Shown here: one piece after another, positions 20,234 to 30,246 of the stretch
Layout: the number at the start of each line of letters is the position of its first letter
How positions within the stretch are numbered: the stretch's first letter is position 1
Source of the DNA: an uncultured Actinomycetota bacterium
GTDB taxonomy: Bacteria; Actinomycetota; UBA4738; HRBIN12
Length of the DNA: 64,000 nucleotides
Assembly (NCBI GenBank): GCA_963737525.1
Contig: CAVTTD010000016.1
Coordinates: 4,209-68,208, forward strand
Reading direction: 5' to 3'
The notes under the pieces: model-generated
Databases searched by the model: none
The model's input: the letters and a program-made list of their open reading frames with translations, nothing else
What the model was told of the DNA's origin: nothing
Program-made: the position numbers and the translations under genes

Positions 20234-20243
20234 GCCGCTCCGC

Positions 20244-20805
20244 ATGGCTCGCTACGTCGCACTGCTCCGCGGTATCAACGTCGGAGGGAAGAACGCCATC
20301 CCGATGCCGGCGTTGAAGGGATGCTTCGAGAGCGCAGGCTTCGGCGACGTGACGACGTACATCCAGAGCGGCAACGTGGTGTTCTCGACGCCGACGTCGA
20401 GCCAGGCCACGCTGACCCGCGAGATCGAGCGCATGATCTCGACCGCGTTCGCGCACTACGAGGCGAGCGTCGTGCTCCGCAGCAGGAGTCAGATGCGGGC
20501 GATCGTCGATCGGGCTCCCGAAGGGATTCGGCGCCGAGCCGTCGAAGTACCGATACGACGTGGTGTTCCTGAAGGCGCCACTCACCGCGAAGACCGCGAG
20601 CAAGGACATACCGATCAAGGAAGGCGTCGATCGACTGTGGCCGGGCACGGGGGTGCTCTACTCGTCGAGGCTGATCAGCCGCGCGACGCAGAGCCGCTTC
20701 AGCCGCATCGTCTCCCTCCCCACCTACAAGCAGATGACGATCCGGAACTGGAACACCACGACGAAGCTGCTCGGACTCTTGTTCGCCGCCGACCTCACCC
20801 GGTGA
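20244..20805 (+). pseudogene. DUF1697-family protein, one frame disruption
   Basis: MARYVALLRGINVGGKNAIPMPALK...YIQSGNVVF, then a switch at about 20525 into FGAEPSKYRYDVVFLKAPL...TIRNWNTTTKL. Confidence 0.75.
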
Positions 20806-21748
20806 CCGTCGCCGGGTCGCAGTTCCCTCCGGACACGAGGACACAGACCCGCTCGTCGTTCTCAGGCTGATACGCCCCGGAGCGGAGAGCGGCGAACGCC
20901 GCCGCGCCTCCCGGCTCGGCGATGACGTGCGTGTCTTCCCAGAGTGCCCGCTGCGCTTCTCGGATCGCGTCGTCCTCGACGAGGACCACCCGATCCACCT
21001 GATCCCGGACGATCGGGAAGACGTGGTCGCCGACACGGGCGGAGCCCAGCGAGTCCGCCGCGATCCCGCCGACCTCGCCGACGACGGGTTCCCCCGCCGC
21101 CAGCGCGGCGGTCATCGTCGCGCACCCGACGGGCTCGACGCCGACCACACGCACCCTCCGCGCGAACCACGCCGCGATCCCCGCGATCAACCCGCCGCCG
21201 CCGATCGCGACAAGCACCGTGTCGAGGTCCGGCACCTGCTCGTCCAGCTCGATCCCGATCGTCCCCTGTCCGGCGATCACCTCCGGCTGGTCGAACGGAT
21301 GCATCATGAGCGCCCCGGTCTCGACCTGGCGCTCCGCGAGCGCCGCCTGGGCCTCCGCGTAGTACCCGTCGACGATCCTCACCGCAGCGCCGTAGCCGCG
21401 TACCCGCGCGACCTTCGCCTCGGGCGACGTCGACGGGATGAAGATCTCGGCGGGGACGCCGACCTCGCGGGCCGCGAAGGCCACGGCGGACCCGAAGTTC
21501 CCACCGGAAGCCGCGATCACGCCCGCGGGCGGCACCTCGCTCGAGAGCAGCTTGTTGAACGCGCCACGGGGCTTGAAGGAGCCGGTGTGCTGCAGGAGCT
21601 CGAGCTTCGCGACGACCGAAGCGCCGTGCACCTCACCGAGCTCCAGGACGGGGGTGCGCCGCACCCGACCGGCGATCCGCTGCGCCGCGTCACGGATGTC
21701 CTGGCCGCCGACGGTCACGCCGCATCCAATCACAGCGCCGGCCCCCAT
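20795..21748 (-). CDS. PLP-dependent threonine/serine dehydratase-like enzyme (no ACT domain)
   Basis: PLP-lysine motif HTGSFKPRGAFN and glycine loop AIGGGGLIAG. About 317 aa from ATG 21748. Confidence 0.8.
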   Translation of the reverse strand: MGAGAVIGCGVTVGGQDIRDAAQRIAGRVRRTPVLELGEVHGASVVAKLELLQHTGSFKPRGAFNKLLSSEVPPAGVIAASGGNFGSAVAFAAREVGVPAEIFIPSTSPEAKVARVRGYGAAVRIVDGYYAEAQAALAERQVETGALMMHPFDQPEVIAGQGTIGIELDEQVPDLDTVLVAIGGGGLIAGIAAWFARRVRVVGVEPVGCATMTAALAAGEPVVGEVGGIAADSLGSARVGDHVFPIVRDQVDRVVLVEDDAIREAQRALWEDTHVIAEPGGAAAFAALRSGAYQPENDERVCVLVSGGNCDPATVTG

Positions 21749-21761
21749 AGACTGACCCGCC

Positions 21762-23037
21762 GTGAGCCGGTCCGAGGAGCTGTTCGAGCGAGCGAAGCGA
21801 GCGATCCCCGGCGGCGTGAACTCACCGGTCCGCGCCTTCGGTGCCGTCGGCGGCATCCCGCGGTTCGCGGTCCGCGGCGAGGGCGCGTATCTCGAGGACG
21901 CCGACGACACCCGGTACGTCGACCTCTGCCAGTCGTGGGGAGCGCTGCTCTTCGGTCACGCGAGGAAGGAGATCGTCGATGCGGCGGTCGAGGCCGCCGG
22001 CCGAGGAACCTCTTTCGGTATCCCGACGGAAACCGAGGTCCAGCTCGCGGAGCGGATCGTCTCGATGGTGCCCTCGGTCGAACAGGTGCGCGCTCGTCTC
22101 CTCCGGAACCGAGGCGGCGATGTCGGCGGTCCGGCTCGCTCGCGCCGCGACGGGCAAGGACACCCTCATCAAGATGGAAGGCTGCTACCACGGCCACTCC
22201 GACGCGCTGCTCGCGCGCGGCGCCGGCAGTGGGCTCGCGACCTTCTCGATCCCGAGCACGCCCGGTGTCACCGCCGGCGCCGCGCGCGACACCGTGATCG
22301 CGCCCTTCAACGATCTCGAGGAGATCGCATCGCTGTTCGTGGCGAACGACGGCACCGTGGCTGCGCTCATCGTCGAGCCGGTTCCGGCGAACATGGGGGT
22401 CGTGCCGCCCGACGACGGCTATCTCGAGGGGCTCCGCCTCCTCTGCGACGAGCACGGCGCGCTGCTGATCTTCGACGAAGTCATCACGGGGTTCCGGATC
22501 GCGCGCGGCGGAGCCCAGGAGCGGTATGGCGTCACGCCCGACCTCACCGTCCTCGGCAAGGTGATGGGTGGCGGGTTCCCGTCCGCCGCGTTCGGCGGCC
22601 GGCGCGATCTGATGGAGCAGCTCGCGCCGGCCGGCCCCGTCTACCAGGCCGGAACGCTCAGCGGGAATCCGGTCGCGGTCGCGGCGGGCGTGGCCGCCCT
22701 CGAGCTCATCGACCGTGAAGACCCCTACCCGGGGCTCGAAGCGGCGGCGGAGGATCTCCAGGCCGGCCTGGCCCTGGCCTTCGACACGAACGGGATCGAC
22801 GCCACGATCAACCGGGCCGGCTCGCTGCTCAGCGTGTTCTTCGCGACGGGACCCGTTCGCAACTTCGACAACGCCAAGGCGGCCGATCACGACCGGTTCG
22901 CTCGCTTCTTCCACCACATGCTCGGACGAGGCGTGTACCTGCCACCGTCGGGCTACGAGCTGTGGACGCTCTGCACGGCGTTCGGCGACACGGAACGCGA
23001 GAAGGTGCTCGGGGCGGCCAGCCGGTTCACCGGCTGA
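21762..23037 (+). pseudogene. hemL: Glutamate-1-semialdehyde 2,1-aminomutase, one frame disruption
   Basis: [26 protein letters not shown]...SVEQVR, then a switch at about 22092 into [17 protein letters not shown]...DEVITGFR...[10 protein letters not shown].... Confidence 0.9.
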
Positions 23038-23049
23038 CCGCCCCGAAGC

Positions 23050-23491
23050 TCACACCAGCGTGAGGGTGGTCTCCTGCGTTGCCATCGGCTCGTCGCCGTC
23101 GGACGCCGGCTCGGTGGCGATGCAGAACGTCCCCACGATGTGCTCGCCCGCGTCGTGAGTGGGTGCGACGCGGCACCACATCCGCCCCTCGACCCCTCGG
23201 AGGCTGAACGTGACCGTCTTCCCCGTGAGCGCGGCCGCGTGGGCTTCGAGGATCGGGAGGTTCTCCCCTTCCATCCCGAATGCATCGAGAAGCTCCCGTC
23301 CGTCGAGGAAGCGAGGGTGGATCCCCAGGTGCTGGGAGGCTGCCCAGGAGACCCCTCGTCAGACGGAGGGAGCCATCCGTGGTCCACATGACCGCCGGCA
23401 GGTGCCCCTCGTCCTCGGTGGGCGCGGCCTCACGGCGAGGTGGCGTCCAGTCCACGGTGTCCGTGATGCCGATGAGCTCCCACTGTCGCAT
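23050..23491 (-). pseudogene. Small stand-alone PAS-domain protein, one frame disruption
   Basis: MRQWELIGITD...VMWTTDGSLRL, then a switch in the C-run 23352-23355 into (R)GVSWAASQHLGIHPRFLDGRELLDAFG...LEAHAAALTGKTVTFSLRGVEGRMWCRVAP...IVGTFCIATE. PAS-like pattern. Confidence 0.6.
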
Positions 23492-23693
23492 ATCGCTTCT
23501 CCCCTCGGTGCGGATTACCCTTGCCTACCTGATATCGGGTAGTTTGCCTGTGCGGCCACATCGGCGAAGAGGCCTATTTCCCGGCTCCCCGACGGGACTA
23601 CGACTTCTGCGGGATGCCGAGGGCGGAGGCGCAACGGAACGGGCTCCGGCTGGCACTATGAGATGACCGCCTCTTCGAGAAAGGACATCCGAT

Positions 23694-24209
23694 ATGCCAA
23701 CCGAGACCGCCACCTTCGGCGCCGGCTGCTTCTGGGGCGTCGAGCACCTCTTCCGCAAGGTCCCCGGCGTGATCGACGCCGTCTCCGGCTACAGCGGCGG
23801 GATCGTGGAGAACCCCACGTACCGGCAGGTCTGCAGCGACACGACCGGCCACGCCGAGGTCGTCGAGGTGACCTTCGACCCCGAGGTCGTCTCCTTCGAC
23901 CAGCTGCTCGAGGTCTTCTGGGCGATGCACGACCCGACGCAGGTGAACCGCCAGGGACCGGACCACGGCTCGCAGTACCGGAGCATCGTGCTCACCCACT
24001 CGGACGAACAGCAGATGGCAGCGGAGGCCTCACGCGACCGGGCGCAGGCCCGCTACGCGAAGCCGATCGCGACGGAGATCCGTCCGCACGTCGCCTTCTA
24101 TCGGGCCGAGGACTACCACCAGCGCTACTACCTGAACAACGGGCACGAGCCGTACTGCCACGCGATCCCGGCGGGACTGCTCGAGGAGCTGGGGCTCGTC
24201 CGCGCCTAA
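23694..24209 (+). CDS. msrA: Peptide-methionine (S)-S-oxide reductase
   Basis: 171 aa with catalytic GCFWG motif (FGAGCFWGVEHLF) and GYSGG. Confidence 0.93.
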   Translation: MPTETATFGAGCFWGVEHLFRKVPGVIDAVSGYSGGIVENPTYRQVCSDTTGHAEVVEVTFDPEVVSFDQLLEVFWAMHDPTQVNRQGPDHGSQYRSIVLTHSDEQQMAAEASRDRAQARYAKPIATEIRPHVAFYRAEDYHQRYYLNNGHEPYCHAIPAGLLEELGLVRA

Positions 24210-24214
24210 AGGAA

Positions 24215-24895
24215 TCAGCCGTCGCGGAAGCCGACGAGCGAGTGCGAGCCGTCGCAGAACGGCTTGTTCTGCGAGTACCCACACCGGCACAACGTCTGCC
24301 GGTTCCGAACCTCGTAGGACTCGCCGTCGGCCCCGACGACCCGAACGCCGCCGCGGACGAACAGCGGCCCGTTCCTGAACACGCCGATCTCGGGCTCGTA
24401 CTCCGGCTCGTGTTCCGGAGCGTCGGCTGACGTTCCCCAGGCGAGTCGTCCGGACGGACACAGATCCACCATCCGCTGCATGCGCTCGCGCACGGCGGGG
24501 TCGGCGCTCCCCAGCATCTGCCAGACGCCCGTGAACCGGTCCTTGCAGTAGCCGGCCTTGGTGCAGAGCGACAGATCGTCGCTGATGACGGCTCCGTCCT
24601 GCGTGGACTGGAAGACGTCCGCCCGCTCCTCGCGCGGCCCGTGATCCGCGCGTTCCGTGACGTCGACCCGCGGCTCCTCCAAGTGGCTGTCGTCACAGAA
24701 CGGCTTGTTCCCGCTCTTCCCGCATCGGCAGAGGCGATACGTCTCGCCGGCCTCGAGCGGCTCGAACGGCGCGTAGTCGACCGGCTCACCGAACTCGGTC
24801 TTGACCTGCCCGGTGCGAGCGATCGGAAGCGGGCCGGTGACCTGATACGGGCCGTTCTCCTCCACGCGGATCTCGGGCTCCGACATGAGGAGCAT
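24215..24895 (-). CDS. Tandem CDGSH-type iron-sulfur domain protein
   Basis: Two CDGSH signatures, CRCGKSGNKPFCDDSH and CRCGYSQNKPFCDGSH, flank a Cys-containing middle segment. 226 aa. Confidence 0.85.
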   Translation of the reverse strand: MLLMSEPEIRVEENGPYQVTGPLPIARTGQVKTEFGEPVDYAPFEPLEAGETYRLCRCGKSGNKPFCDDSHLEEPRVDVTERADHGPREERADVFQSTQDGAVISDDLSLCTKAGYCKDRFTGVWQMLGSADPAVRERMQRMVDLCPSGRLAWGTSADAPEHEPEYEPEIGVFRNGPLFVRGGVRVVGADGESYEVRNRQTLCRCGYSQNKPFCDGSHSLVGFRDG

Positions 24896-26996
24896 CCTCC
24901 CACGAAGGCGTGCAAGAAGGGGTCCTCGATTCGGTCACCCGGGAGGACTACCCTTCGAACGCGTGTTCGAGGATCTGAACCCGGAGCAGGAGACGGCCGT
25001 TCGCCACGGCGAGGGGCCGTTGCTGATCGTCGCCGGCGCCGGCAGCGGGAAGACCATGACGCTGGCGGCGCGTGTCGCCTCCCTGATCGAACGGGGCACG
25101 CGCCCGGAGCGCATCCTCCTCCTGACCTTCAGCAGGCGGGCCGCTCGCGAGATGGTCTCGCGCGCGGCCCGCTTGGGCACGAGCGACACCGGTCGCGTCT
25201 GGGGCGGCACGTTCCACGCGATCGGGAACCGGCTCCTCCGTCTCCACGGTCGCGCGCTGGGGCTGACGCCCGAGTTCACCGTCCTCGACCAGGCCGACGG
25301 AGCCGACGTGATGAACCTGCTCCGCGACGAGCTCGGGTACTCAGCACGCGAACGCCGCTTCCCTCGCAAGGACACGCTCGCCGCGATCTACTCGCGGACC
25401 GTCAACGCCGGCGAGCGGCTCACGGACGTCCTGAAGCGCCACTACCCCTGGTGCCTCGACGAGACCGACGGGATCCGGGAGATCTTCCGCGCCTACACGG
25501 AGCGGAAACGGCAGCAGCACGTTCTGGACTACGACGACCTCCTGCTGTTCTGGAAGGCGCTCGCCACGTCGCCGGCAACCACGCAGCAGCTCGCGACGAT
25601 GTTCGAGCACATCCTCGTCGACGAGTACCAGGACACGAACGCGCTGCAGGCCGACATCCTCGAGGGGATGCGGCCTCCCGCAGGCCCGAGGAACCTCACG
25701 GTCGTCGGCGACGACGCGCAGGCGATCTACGGGTTCCGCGCCGCGACCGTGAAGAACATCCTCGAGTTCCCCGTGCGGTTCCCGGGGGCGGCCACGATCA
25801 AGCTCGAACGCAACTACCGGTCGACGCCGCCGATCCTGGCGGCGTCGAACGCGGTGATCGCGCTCAGCCCGCAACGTCACGAGAAGACCCTTCGGCCGAC
25901 GAGACCGGGAGAGGCACGGCCGATCCTGCGGGCATGCCTCGACGAGGCCGAGCAGAGCGACGCGGTCTGCCGAGCGGTCCTCGCGCATCGCGAGGAAGGG
26001 GTCCCGCTGAAGGCGCAGGCCGTGCTGTTCCGCGCGGCCTACCACTCGGACCATCTCGAGGTGGAGCTCGCCCGCAGGAACATCCCGTTCATCAAGTACG
26101 GAGGGCTGAAGTTCATGGAGGCCGCCCATGTGAAGGATGCGCTGGCGTGCCTGCGCATCCTCGAGAACCCGTTCGACGAGGTGAGCTGGTTCCGCGTCCT
26201 GCTGCTGCTGGACGGGATGGGTCCGGCCTCATCGCGGCGGCTCATGGAGGAGCTCGGGGTGCGGCGCGGCGACGCCGTGGATGCGGCGTCACCGCTCCGC
26301 CGGTTCCTCGACGAACCCGTCGCGGTCCCGAAGGGCGCGGCGCAGGGCGTCCGCGACCTTCGGGGAGCACTGGACGATTGCCTCGACGGAGACGCGCTCC
26401 CTCCCGCCGGTCAGCTCGCGCGGCTCCGGACATTCCTCGAGCCCGTGATCGCGAGGAAGTACGACGCACCCGCTTCTCGCGTGCGTGACCTCGAGCAGCT
26501 CGAGCTGCTCGCCTCCGAGTCCCCCTCGCGCGGCCAGTTCCTCGCCGACCTCACGCTCGATCCACCGTCGTCGACCGGCGATCTCGCCGGTCCGCCGCAC
26601 CTCGACGAGGACTACCTGATCCTCTCCACGATCCACTCGGCCAAGGGCCTCGAGTGGGACGTGGTGCACGTGATCCACGCGGCCGACGGGATGATCCCCT
26701 CGGACCTCTCCACGGGTGACGACGACGAGATCGAAGAGGAACGCCGGCTCCTCTACGTCGCCCTGACGCGCGCGCGCGATGCACTCCACGTCACGTACCC
26801 CCAGCGGTACTACCGGAGGCCGAAGGGACTCGAGGACCCGCACGCGTACTCGCAACGATCGCGGTTCCTTCCCGACGACGTGCTCGAGCACTTCGAGGTC
26901 GTCGGCCCACACGTCGTGGCGGTTCCCGACGAAGGAGGGGCTCTTACCGCGGCCGCGGACGTCGACGCGTTCCTCGCCGGCCTCTGGACTGACTGA
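24885..26996 (+). CDS. UvrD/Rep/PcrA-family ATP-dependent DNA helicase
   Basis: Walker A AGAGSGKT, DEYQDTN, GDDAQAIYGFR, YRST, and LLYVALTRAR motifs. The ORF start at 24885 overlaps the divergent CDGSH start; GTG at 24963 (VFEDLNPEQ) is a more likely start. Confidence 0.88.
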   Translation: MRSILPRRRARRGPRFGHPGGLPFERVFEDLNPEQETAVRHGEGPLLIVAGAGSGKTMTLAARVASLIERGTRPERILLLTFSRRAAREMVSRAARLGTSDTGRVWGGTFHAIGNRLLRLHGRALGLTPEFTVLDQADGADVMNLLRDELGYSARERRFPRKDTLAAIYSRTVNAGERLTDVLKRHYPWCLDETDGIREIFRAYTERKRQQHVLDYDDLLLFWKALATSPATTQQLATMFEHILVDEYQDTNALQADILEGMRPPAGPRNLTVVGDDAQAIYGFRAATVKNILEFPVRFPGAATIKLERNYRSTPPILAASNAVIALSPQRHEKTLRPTRPGEARPILRACLDEAEQSDAVCRAVLAHREEGVPLKAQAVLFRAAYHSDHLEVELARRNIPFIKYGGLKFMEAAHVKDALACLRILENPFDEVSWFRVLLLLDGMGPASSRRLMEELGVRRGDAVDAASPLRRFLDEPVAVPKGAAQGVRDLRGALDDCLDGDALPPAGQLARLRTFLEPVIARKYDAPASRVRDLEQLELLASESPSRGQFLADLTLDPPSSTGDLAGPPHLDEDYLILSTIHSAKGLEWDVVHVIHAADGMIPSDLSTGDDDEIEEERRLLYVALTRARDALHVTYPQRYYRRPKGLEDPHAYSQRSRFLPDDVLEHFEVVGPHVVAVPDEGGALTAAADVDAFLAGLWTD

Positions 26997-27036
26997 AAGA
27001 CCGTTCGCGCTCCCTCGACCCGAGGGATAGCCTCCG

Positions 27037-27651
27037 TTGATGGCTCCCACCGAGCGCGAGCACATCCTCGTCGCGGTCCTGTTCACCGACATCGTGGGCT
27101 CGACCGAGCTAGCCGGTGGCATGGGCGACGAGTCATGGAAACGCCTCCTCCGCAAGCACCACGAGATAGTGGGTCATCTCGTGAAAGAGCACGGCGGACG
27201 CGTGGTCGACACGGCGGGAGACGGCGTCTTCGCCGTCTTCGATCGACCGGCCTCGGCGATCGAGTGCGCGTTCGAGGCGACCCAGTCATTGCGCCAGATC
27301 GGTGTGGACATCCGAGCCGGGCTGCATTTCGGCGAGACAGAATCGTCAGGCGGGAAGGTCAGCGGGATCGTCGTCCACACCGCGTCTCGCGTGGTGGCAT
27401 TGGCGAAGCCGGGCGAGATCCTGATCACGGGGACCGTCCGTGACCTGGTCGCCGGGAAACGCATCTCGGTGGAGGATCGCGGCTTCCACGACCTCAAGGG
27501 GATCCCGTCGACGTGGAACGTGTTCGCGATCGAGGAGGTCGCGGGGAGACGGCTCCTCCCCCGATGGAGCCGAGAGAAGCGGAAGAACTCCGCGAGCTCG
27601 CTGTCGAGTCGGGGCCGTCTGGCCGTCCGAAGCGCGTCGCGGTTGCGGTGA
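27037..27651 (+). CDS. Class III adenylate/guanylate cyclase catalytic domain; probably the N-terminal part of one gene together with 27564-28670
   Basis: VLFTDIVGSTELA, TAGDGVFAVF, RAGLHFGE, GIVVHTASRV. After about 27545 this frame gives an Arg/Ser-rich tail, while the overlapping frame gives a sensible linker plus a TM helix. Confidence 0.75.
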   Translation: MMAPTEREHILVAVLFTDIVGSTELAGGMGDESWKRLLRKHHEIVGHLVKEHGGRVVDTAGDGVFAVFDRPASAIECAFEATQSLRQIGVDIRAGLHFGETESSGGKVSGIVVHTASRVVALAKPGEILITGTVRDLVAGKRISVEDRGFHDLKGIPSTWNVFAIEEVAGRRLLPRWSREKRKNSASSLSSRGRLAVRSASRLR

Positions 27652-28670
27652 TCGGAGGGCTGCTGATTCTGGCCGGTGCCGCTTTCCTGCTGGGAGGGGA
27701 CGCCCCTCGCGGGGGACGCGATCCCCTCGAACCAACCACCCTGGTGCGTATCGACCTCGAGACCGGGCAGCGCTCGCGGTTGTCCGTCGGGGATTCGGTC
27801 ACGGCCCTCACCTTGGGGGAGGGATCCGTCTGGCTCGCGTCGTTGGGGGACAGCAGCCTCTATCGCCTCGACCCCCGCACGATGTCGGTACAAAGTCAGA
27901 TCAGCTTGCCTGAGCCTCCGCAGGAAGTCGCCGCGGGAGCTGATGCGATCTGGGTCACCACGGTTCGGAAGCTGATCCGCATCGACCCGAGCTCGGACAA
28001 GGTCGCCCAAGTGTTCCCGATCGGCCCGTGCGAAGCGACCGAGGAATGCCAAACGGATGTGACGGTGGGCCAAGGGGCCGTGTGGGCGAGCCACTACGAC
28101 AGCCAGCGTCTCGTGGAAGTCGATCCGTCGAGGAACACCGTGGTCCACGTGACCAACCTGAGATCGTTCCCGATGGCCCTCGCGGCTGGACACGGCGGGC
28201 TGTGGGTGCTCCTCGATGCCGCATCGCCCACGATCGATCGGATCGATCTCGCAAGCAGGAAGGTCTCATCCGAAACGCTCCCAGGGAGCTTCATCTCGCC
28301 CGCGTGTGTCGGATACGGCAGGACGCCCCCGGCAGGAGAGCTCTGTGTCGCACTCGGCGTCGGCGATCGATCCGTCTGGGTCGGCACACCTGGGGACGTC
28401 CACTCGGATCTCTGGCAGCTCGATCCCACGACCGGCGACCGGATCGGTTCGTCGATCTCCGTCCCTTGTTGCGTCATGGCGATCACCCCGTCTTCGGAGC
28501 TCGTGCCGAAGATCTGGGCCGGGCTCTCGGGAGGCGACCTGATCGTCGTCACGGAGGCCTCCGCCCACGCCGAGGAGCGCGGCTCGGTCCGCGGGGTCGT
28601 CACGGATGTCGCCATCGGCTACGGAGGGGTCTGGGTCAGCGTGGACGACCGCGGTCCTGAGGCTGACTGA
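27564..28670 (+). CDS. Single-pass membrane protein with extracytoplasmic beta-propeller-like repeats; probably fused to the upstream cyclase
   Basis: TM helix VAVAVIGGLLILAGAAFLL, then six or more degenerate repeats of the pattern ...VW(V/L)...L.R(I/L)DP.T..V.... The open frame extends back to 27513 and overlaps the cyclase ORF. Confidence 0.65.
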   Translation: MEPREAEELRELAVESGPSGRPKRVAVAVIGGLLILAGAAFLLGGDAPRGGRDPLEPTTLVRIDLETGQRSRLSVGDSVTALTLGEGSVWLASLGDSSLYRLDPRTMSVQSQISLPEPPQEVAAGADAIWVTTVRKLIRIDPSSDKVAQVFPIGPCEATEECQTDVTVGQGAVWASHYDSQRLVEVDPSRNTVVHVTNLRSFPMALAAGHGGLWVLLDAASPTIDRIDLASRKVSSETLPGSFISPACVGYGRTPPAGELCVALGVGDRSVWVGTPGDVHSDLWQLDPTTGDRIGSSISVPCCVMAITPSSELVPKIWAGLSGGDLIVVTEASAHAEERGSVRGVVTDVAIGYGGVWVSVDDRGPEAD

Positions 28671-28699
28671 CCGGATCCGGCACCCCTATCCTGGCCGTC

Positions 28700-29350
28700 G
28701 TGGATGCCGTCCTGCTGGATCTCTACGACACGATCGCCCGCACCCGCTGGGGACAGCTCTCGGATCGCATCTCGGCCGAGCTCGGTGTCGAGAAGGCCGA
28801 TCTGTTCCGCGCCTACGAGCTGACGCGAGCGGCGAGGGGCGTCGGCACCTACGGCAGCGTCGAGGGCGACATGTCCGCGATCGTCGAGGCGGTGGGGGTC
28901 GACCCGGACCCCGCGCTGCTCGGAAGGCTGCTGGCTATGGAGCGCGCGTTCTCCGAGACGGGCGTCGAGCTCTACGAGGATTCCCTGCCGGTCGTGCGGG
29001 AGCTGCGCTCGCGTGGCATCAAGACCGCGCTGATCAGCAACTGCTCACATTCGACCCGGCCGATCGTCGATCGCCTCGGGATCGACGACGAGTTCGACGA
29101 GATCCTGCTGTCGTTCGAGGTCGGGGTGCACAAGCCGGACCCGGGGATCTACCGGGAAGCCCTCCGACGGCTCGGCGGAGTCGAGCCCGAGCGCGCGGTG
29201 TTCGTGGACGATCAGCCGCCCTATTGCGACGGCGCCGCCGTTCTCGGGATCGAGACGTTCCTGATCGACCGGTCGGGTGACGGTACGCCCGACGTGAACG
29301 GCCACCGGGTGATCCGGGATCTGCGGGCGCTGCTAGCCGTAGGAGCCTGA
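28700..29350 (+). CDS. HAD-superfamily hydrolase
   Basis: Motif I LLDLYDT, motif II ALISNCS, motif IV-type FVDD. 216 aa, GTG start. Confidence 0.8.
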   Translation: MDAVLLDLYDTIARTRWGQLSDRISAELGVEKADLFRAYELTRAARGVGTYGSVEGDMSAIVEAVGVDPDPALLGRLLAMERAFSETGVELYEDSLPVVRELRSRGIKTALISNCSHSTRPIVDRLGIDDEFDEILLSFEVGVHKPDPGIYREALRRLGGVEPERAVFVDDQPPYCDGAAVLGIETFLIDRSGDGTPDVNGHRVIRDLRALLAVGA

Positions 29351-30192
29351 GCCGGTCCCGGCGTCGCCGAGGGCCCGGGTCATGTCCGTGACCTCGGACG
29401 GGTCGGGGATCTTGATGTGGACGGGCTTCCCGAAGTCCGAGAAGTCGACCGTCATCTCCATGCTCGCTTCCTCCGCGCCCGGGACGAGCTTCCCGAAGTC
29501 CATCGTGATCCGCTGGCGCCGTGGCAACCCTTCCTCATCGATCCAGATCTCGAACGGGATCTTCTCGTCGATCCCGAGAGACTCGAACTGCTTCACGGCC
29601 TCTGCGAGCTGGTCCTTGGTCGCGGCGTCGGCGTCTTCGCCCACCACGTCCGAGAACCCCTTGAGCACCTTCTTCAGGTCGATCGTGCCGACGTAGTGGG
29701 TGGTGGGAACGCCCCCGAGCTCCTGCTCCCCCGAGGCCTTCACGTCGAACACCCCGGCGAACAGACCCACGTACGCCGATGGATCGGTGGTCCCGGCCCC
29801 GAACCCGCCGAACTGCGCGGCGGCGGCCGGATCCATCTTCGAGGGATCCATGCTGACCCATTCCGTGCCCGCGTCCTGGAACATCGGCGATCGCATGTAC
29901 ATCACGCCGTCGTCCATCAGGATCTCCATCTCGCCGCCGAGCATCCCCATGTCCATCGTCATGTCGACGCGCTTGTGCTCGTTGTCGATGTCCGCCTCGC
30001 CGGAGAAGGAGAACTTCTCTCCACCGGCACCACCGACATCTTGAGCTCTTCATGCAGCGTCCCTGCCTCGTAGACGGCCGTCATGGCGTTCAGCACCGCG
30101 TCCCGCGGGGTGACGGGATCGGGAGCTGGCCCCTTCGCGCACGCACCGAGGAGCACGCTCGAAACGGCGAGTGAGGCGATGAGCTTCTTCAC
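29333..30192 (-). pseudogene. Putative lipoprotein, one frame disruption
   Basis: Signal peptide with lipobox MKKLIASLAVSSVLLGAC. Frame switch at about 30033 (…LHEELKM | GGAGGEKFSFSGEADIDNEHKRVDMTMDMG…). No confident family assignment. Confidence 0.6.
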
Positions 30193-30246
30193 CCGACCAT
30201 CATCGGCAGAAGTGGACCGCCAGTCGACCCAGGCGAGGAAGAAAGA

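Noticed and set aside
23526-23541. Imperfect palindrome TACCTGATATCGGGTA in the PAS-msrA intergenic region, considered as a possible operator.
   Set aside because: It is only 16 bp long with two mismatches and occurs once in the window, which is not enough to call a site.
27011-27027. Hairpin TCCCTCG-ACC-CGAGGGA after the helicase stop, considered as a terminator.
   Set aside because: It has no T-tract and lies only 10 nt before the next start codon, so it is too weak to call.
231-28670. Two class III cyclases plus a cNMP-binding protein considered as a Pycsar-like or other cyclic-nucleotide defence system.
   Set aside because: The components are 8-27 kb apart and are embedded among housekeeping genes. 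The cNMP-binding protein is a bare sensor domain with no TM, TIR or nuclease effector. There are no mobile-element or defence-island neighbours.
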